Virus record (IMG/VR): IMGVR_UViG_3300009108_000011
Span: 1 to 59,548 of that record
Direction: 5' to 3' (one strand)
From: a virus
Lineage: Duplodnaviria > Caudoviricetes
DNA length: 59,548 bases
The notes under the pieces are model-generated. The model was not told the origin of the DNA. It ran no database searches and worked only from the letters and a program-made list of their open reading frames with translations. Position numbers and translations under genes: made by a program. Shown here piece by piece: positions 54,646 to 59,548 of the stretch (the stretch's first letter is position 1; each line of letters begins with the position of its first letter).

Positions 54646-55239
54646 CTATGCAATCTCTGTCCACGTATTCGTAGTCGAGTTCCAAATTTGGTGTTTACCT
54701 GTATCAGTTTCTTCCCAAATGGAATTATCTTGTAAATTTATTGACGAAACAAATGCACTTTCATTGTAGCCATATACTGTTAACTCTGAACCTACGTCAA
54801 ATGAACCTGTACCACCGTTATTTGCTGTTATTGTTGTTATTTGAGCTGATGTATTAGACCACTTGCCTACCATCTCTTTCCTTTCAGGTGCATTACCAGC
54901 TCCACTTGCACTTTCTAATCCTTCTGATACGAATAGTTTTTCTTTTGATGATTCATTAATTATGTATAATGTAGCACTAACATCACCTGTTACTGTACCT
55001 GTTAGATTATCTGTGTTTGCTTGACTCACATTTGTTGAATCACTACCACCATTTATAGATTCTCTTATTGCGTAGTTAGTACCTGTGTCGGAATTAAATG
55101 TCATATTACAGTTTATTGTTCCACCTGTACCAATACCATGAAGCTGAACCATCAAATGCTTCTTTGCTGTTATATCTGACACTGTTATGGTATCTCCAGC
55201 AGATGTTAATTTAGTAGATCCTAATTTTTCCCAGCCCAA
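54646..55239 (-). CDS. Tail fibre/receptor-binding protein (one FNSDTGxNY domain)
   Basis: Paralogous to both halves of 55257..56309. Confidence 0.6.
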   Translation of the reverse strand: MGWEKLGSTKLTSAGDTITVSDITAKKHLMVQLHGIGTGGTINCNMTFNSDTGTNYAIRESINGGSDSTNVSQANTDNLTGTVTGDVSATLYIINESSKEKLFVSEGLESASGAGNAPERKEMVGKWSNTSAQITTITANNGGTGSFDVGSELTVYGYNESAFVSSINLQDNSIWEETDTGKHQIWNSTTNTWTEIA

Positions 55240-55256
55240 TTACATTTCACACTCCA

Positions 55257-56309
55257 TTAGTCAAAACCCCATACTTTGATACTACCTGTCATATTTCCAG
55301 ATGTACCTAGGTTGTATTGAACTGATGTTATTTGTGATGATGTATTTGCCCATTTACCTACATACTCTCTCCTTTGTGGTGCAGTACCAGAACTTGTTGT
55401 ACTAGATGTTACTGTTTGAATAATACCTATTTTCTCTTTATCTGATTTGTTTATAATAAAAATATTATCAAAAAATTCAACATCACTACCTTCAGCGTTA
55501 TTTATAAAAGCATTAGTTGAAGTAGCAGTAGAATCACTACCACCATTTGTTGAACGTCTATGACTGTAATTATTTCCAGTATCACTATTAAATTGTAAAT
55601 TAGGATCATTACCACTTGTGTATCTATATCTTGCTTGAATCATTAAATATTTTTTAGCTGTAAATGTACCAGAAGAAATAGAATTGCCTGCCGATGTATC
55701 ATCTACACTAGCTAATTCTTCCCATACTGATGTTCCAGTATCTGCTGGATCATATCCTAATACTACAACTTCTGATACTGATTGAAAACTATTACCATCT
55801 CTATCAAATAATTGAACGGAAGTTATATTATTGCTAGTGTTAGCCCATTTACCAACTATTTCTCTACGTCTTGGTGCAGATCCACTTCCAGTTGAACCAC
55901 CATCTGATATTACATGTGACATAGTTAGTTTTTCATTAGATGATGAATTATTTAGAAATGTTGTGCTAAAATGATACTCGCTTGCATAACCATTACCATT
56001 GAGTATGCTGGTTTCACTTGTACCTGTTCCATCTGCACCACCGTCTGTTGATTGTCGTCTTGCATAATTTGAACCTGTATCGGAATTAAATCTCAATCCA
56101 CCAGTTGAAGCAGAAGAATGACCATTATATTCTGCTAATATCATCATGTATGGTTTTGTTGTAAATGTTCCTGTGTCAAGTGATGATGATGAACCACTGG
56201 ACAATGTATATCTATCAAGTTCCTGCCAGTGTGGTATTGATAGAATTGGGCGTTCTGCTTCTGTTCCAACAATGCGTTTACTTGCTTTGTAATCTGTCAT
56301 TCTAACCAC
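55257..56309 (-). CDS. Tail fibre/receptor-binding protein (two FNSDTGxNY domains)
   Basis: Internal duplication WxEL..FNSDTG.NY..GKWANTS; true start probably 56300. Confidence 0.65.
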   Translation of the reverse strand: MVRMTDYKASKRIVGTEAERPILSIPHWQELDRYTLSSGSSSSLDTGTFTTKPYMMILAEYNGHSSASTGGLRFNSDTGSNYARRQSTDGGADGTGTSETSILNGNGYASEYHFSTTFLNNSSSNEKLTMSHVISDGGSTGSGSAPRRREIVGKWANTSNNITSVQLFDRDGNSFQSVSEVVVLGYDPADTGTSVWEELASVDDTSAGNSISSGTFTAKKYLMIQARYRYTSGNDPNLQFNSDTGNNYSHRRSTNGGSDSTATSTNAFINNAEGSDVEFFDNIFIINKSDKEKIGIIQTVTSSTTSSGTAPQRREYVGKWANTSSQITSVQYNLGTSGNMTGSIKVWGFD

Positions 56310-59300
56310 GTTGTCCTTCCTTTTTGTAATTGAATTTTAGAAACGTAGAATTTTGTTTCATTTGTTGCGTTTGAACTTGCTTTAAGCCATATATATCGTA
56401 TATCCGTTCCAGATGAAGCAGTAAACGTATTTTGAGTTGAACCACTAGAATATGTCGAATCCGTTCCATATTTTTTCAATGTGCCACTCGTGCCATCTTT
56501 AATTAATTCCCAATAGTACCACTGATCCCCTGTAATTGAATATGCAGTTGATGGATCTCCTAATGATGAAGTACCATCTGCCTTATTAGTTCCACCTGAC
56601 CAATAGAACCACACACCATCAGTTCCATTTACAGTTGTTGCATCTTGTATTCCAAAGTAATTATAGTTAGATGGTTTAGTTGTTGAATCAAACTTAGTTC
56701 TAAATCTCATAATCCATTTTGATGGTAATGCTGAACCTATATCATAATAAACAACTGGTTGAGCAGAAGCACTAGATGAATTACATTTACCCCAAATACC
56801 TGTCGTATCAACACCACCGTTTGATGTAGAACCACCATTATATGATTCTGCTGTCCAACCTGATTGACTATTTGCAAAATCAGATTCATATGTCATTGTA
56901 ATCCCATCTAATTTCCATGTCGTACCATCATACCACCAGTAAGAAGGCGTATCATCTGTTTGTTGGAAGATAGAATTTGTCCTTACACCTGTTAATCCAT
57001 CCAAGTCACTTGTTGATGAAAAGTCGTTTTTACAACCATCTAGTGATGTGACACCATTATAAAATTCTACATCATCCACAGTACCAGCGAAAGCAGAACT
57101 TCCTCCAGAATTTCCTTGAAAGTGGATAGTAAAGTATCTTAAATCACCTAATGAAGCTCCACCTGTATCTGTAACTGTTGATTGATACACACCTGTGTAA
57201 TCTGAATTATTATATAATGTAACTTCTGTATTTGCACTAGTTAGTCTTTTCATTTCCATATAATATGTTTTCACTTCTGGTGCAACTAATGAAGCACCTG
57301 AACCACTTGTTGGCATACCATTAACTTCTGAATCAAACCACGCATTATTATTTGGGGAAGCTTGAACTCTCCACCTTATACCAACATAATCAACATTTTG
57401 ACCACCTGTTCCACTTTTCATACCTATGAAGAATTGCTTTCCTACACCACCACTTGCAGTAAGTGTTGTAACATCAATCTTTGCTCTTAATACCCATTTT
57501 GTTGTATTTACTACATTTTCACCAAAGTCATATCTAATTTGTCTAACAGTGTTAGAATCTGTCGGTGCTTCAAACTCTATTTGATTATTTGTAATGTCTA
57601 TGTAACTTGAATCAGGTATTGTCCAACCTGTATTACTACTAAAATCCGTATCAAGAAGTGCTGTTGCACCCAAACTTGTACTATCCATAGTATAATTTGC
57701 CTTGAGATTTGACTTGTCACTCAATGATGAAACTAATGCTCCTGTTGGTGTTGTTACTGATGTTGTACCATTCCATATTTTTATATCACCATACAATTTT
57801 GAACCTGTTGCTGTGCCACCATTTTGTTCAGAATCATTTAAAATTTTCAAATATCTTAAACCTGATATACCTGTTTTAGTTACGCTATTAGAACCTGATT
57901 GTGTGGTATATTCATCTGAATATGTTTTTACAGTAAACACATCACCATTTCTACTCATTTCAATCCAATAATCTTTACTAGCAACTAAAGGAGTTAATAC
58001 TTCGCTTGTTACTCTATTAGTTCCCGATTCAAGATTATTTGTTGTACCATACGCAAAAAACCCACCTTCAGTTGTGGAAAAGTTAATATTTGTAAACACT
58101 GATTGTTGTGATTCACCTGAATCAGCACCACTACTGTTTGAAAAACCAATGAAAAACATCACATTACCTGATGATGCTAATGTACCTGTTGTAAACTTAC
58201 CTAATCTTACTACCCACTTACTTGCGTGAAGGTTATTATTAGTTCCTAAATAATCAGAATCTTGTAAATCAATATACATTTCTTGTGATGTTGTACTTCT
58301 TCTGATTGTTGCAAAATCCAAATAATCCGATGTGTTATACTCCCAATCACTTGTATTAGATGCCCAACCCTTATCGGTTGTTAGATCATCTGTAACATCT
58401 GTTGCCTTATCTGTTTCATTTACTAAATCTGAAATTTCTGTTGCAGTAAGGACACGATTCCAAATTCCCATATCATCAATCCTTCCTTCAAAATAATTCT
58501 GATTAGCATAGTATTTTCCTATTAATGGTTTGTTGCTTGTTGTTCCTGATTGTGTTGTAGATGGTAAACCACTAGATACTGTATCTTTTAATACACCATT
58601 AAGATATAATTTCAATTCCCCTGCTGAACCATCAAAAGTCACTGCCACATGATTCCATGCGTTCATTGTTAATTCTGCTTCAAAACCATCACCTGCGTAT
58701 ATGTTGGTGCTTGAACTACCGTTTCTAAGACCACCAATAATATATAAATTTCCACTATTTACATCAGTATAGAAATGTATAATTCTCGAATTTGCTGTTG
58801 CTGACCATTGTGAAAAAACTATACCTGATTGAACGTCTGTAGGATATATCCACCCTGCAACTGTAAATGTAGAAGCACCAAGTAGCATATTATCACCAAG
58901 TTGAACATAATCATCACTTCCATCAAAACTATAACAACCTGTGCCGAGTTTTACTGCATTTGAGTCTAATATTGAAATACCAACATTATATTTTCCACCA
59001 TCAGAACCATCATCTGCTGATGGATCAGTAAATGCTGTGCTAGAACTATAAGTAATTGAGTTTTTAATTTTCTGTCCAGTTGCACCACCTGTATCAGCGT
59101 ATAGATACATATTTTCATTTGACCATACAGCTAACCAATACACACTACCTGACGTTATAGTAGTATTAGGGATAGTAAATGACTGCCAATCAGTAGTATT
59201 TGCTGGTGTGTATTCACTTGATGAGTTCAATAAGTTATTTGGTGTAGAAGAATCACCATCATATATTGCCACACGAACACGTTGACTTGCACTATACTGG

Positions 59301-59548
59301 TAAAATTTCATTTGTATTGCGTTTGCTGTACCTGATACACTAGCAGTTATTTTCCAAGCTGATATACGATCAGCATTGGCAGCTCCACTACTGTTACTGC
59401 CATTGTTAGCATATTGTGATGTAACATCAGAAGTTGTTACTAATGTAATTCCAGTGTTTGTTCCATCAGCACTTGAACCTAGTGAATCACTAACTCTATC
59501 AGTTTTAATTCCACTGTAAAGTTTTGATCCGAGATTTTCTATAGCCAT
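56297..59548 (-). CDS. Large receptor-binding/adhesin protein with LamG domain and three repeated beta-sandwich domains
   Basis: SFDGSDDYV..WNHVAVTFD..LYLNG..FEGRIDD LamG pattern; three GW..KW[VI][VLM]R..RY units. Confidence 0.75.
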   Translation of the reverse strand: MAIENLGSKLYSGIKTDRVSDSLGSSADGTNTGITLVTTSDVTSQYANNGSNSSGAANADRISAWKITASVSGTANAIQMKFYQYSASQRVRVAIYDGDSSTPNNLLNSSSEYTPANTTDWQSFTIPNTTITSGSVYWLAVWSNENMYLYADTGGATGQKIKNSITYSSSTAFTDPSADDGSDGGKYNVGISILDSNAVKLGTGCYSFDGSDDYVQLGDNMLLGASTFTVAGWIYPTDVQSGIVFSQWSATANSRIIHFYTDVNSGNLYIIGGLRNGSSSTNIYAGDGFEAELTMNAWNHVAVTFDGSAGELKLYLNGVLKDTVSSGLPSTTQSGTTSNKPLIGKYYANQNYFEGRIDDMGIWNRVLTATEISDLVNETDKATDVTDDLTTDKGWASNTSDWEYNTSDYLDFATIRRSTTSQEMYIDLQDSDYLGTNNNLHASKWVVRLGKFTTGTLASSGNVMFFIGFSNSSGADSGESQQSVFTNINFSTTEGGFFAYGTTNNLESGTNRVTSEVLTPLVASKDYWIEMSRNGDVFTVKTYSDEYTTQSGSNSVTKTGISGLRYLKILNDSEQNGGTATGSKLYGDIKIWNGTTSVTTPTGALVSSLSDKSNLKANYTMDSTSLGATALLDTDFSSNTGWTIPDSSYIDITNNQIEFEAPTDSNTVRQIRYDFGENVVNTTKWVLRAKIDVTTLTASGGVGKQFFIGMKSGTGGQNVDYVGIRWRVQASPNNNAWFDSEVNGMPTSGSGASLVAPEVKTYYMEMKRLTSANTEVTLYNNSDYTGVYQSTVTDTGGASLGDLRYFTIHFQGNSGGSSAFAGTVDDVEFYNGVTSLDGCKNDFSSTSDLDGLTGVRTNSIFQQTDDTPSYWWYDGTTWKLDGITMTYESDFANSQSGWTAESYNGGSTSNGGVDTTGIWGKCNSSSASAQPVVYYDIGSALPSKWIMRFRTKFDSTTKPSNYNYFGIQDATTVNGTDGVWFYWSGGTNKADGTSSLGDPSTAYSITGDQWYYWELIKDGTSGTLKKYGTDSTYSSGSTQNTFTASSGTDIRYIWLKASSNATNETKFYVSKIQLQKGRTTWLE

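Larger units (their letters stand above)
1..59548. mobile_element. Tailed archaeal dsDNA virus genome (Caudoviricetes, siphovirus-like; probable Thaumarchaeota/Nitrosopumilaceae host)
   Basis: Terminase, portal, prohead protease, MCP, tail tube, chaperone and tape measure, plus archaeal RadA, MCM and TATA promoters; no host housekeeping genes. Confidence 0.9.

Noticed and set aside
55257-55270. In-phase G GGT TTT heptamer at the end of the 350-aa gene, suggesting a -1 fusion to the 197-aa gene
   Set aside because: The -1 frame hits TGA immediately after the heptamer and TAA again just before the downstream TTG start, so no fusion is possible
380-57971. Numerous antisense or alternate-frame track ORFs inside long genes (e.g. 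380..613, 6517..7092, 21556..22077, 29510..30028, 37874..38290, 38941..39366)
   Set aside because: Shadow ORFs opposite well-supported genes, without promoters or motifs

Overview
This window looks like an essentially complete, circularly permuted ~59.5 kb genome of a tailed dsDNA virus (Caudoviricetes, siphovirus-like) with an archaeal host, most likely marine ammonia-oxidising Thaumarchaeota (Nitrosopumilaceae; 'Marthavirus'-like). The host call rests on an archaeal RadA, an MCM helicase, an Hjc-like resolvase, and BRE/TATA promoters ~21-24 nt upstream of many start codons. Layout: minus-strand head and tail genes (1-22 kb, continuing across the window ends into 53-59.5 kb); a variable micro-ORF region with a HicA gene (22-24.4 kb); an extremely AT-rich non-coding switch region (24.4-25.8 kb); a plus-strand accessory block with an AAA+/VWA pair and many Zn-finger micro-proteins (25.8-35.5 kb); and a minus-strand replication/packaging block (36.6-53.1 kb) with RadA, MCM, metallophosphoesterase, RNase H, terminase, a DpdA/TGT-like protein and a Cas4-like nuclease. 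I found no DNA polymerase, integrase, amoC, tRNA or CRISPR array. Most notable observations: (i) a micro-gene cassette array joined by a conserved AATCGAAATG junction; (ii) a predicted Lys-specific prohead-protease processing system acting on four large disordered, charged proteins; (iii) a clear -1 frameshift in the tail chaperone; (iv) a lone, catalytically altered DpdA-like enzyme; (v) two candidate structured RNAs; (vi) a CTG-initiated gene missed by the ORF track. All family assignments come from reading motifs by eye; no database search was run.
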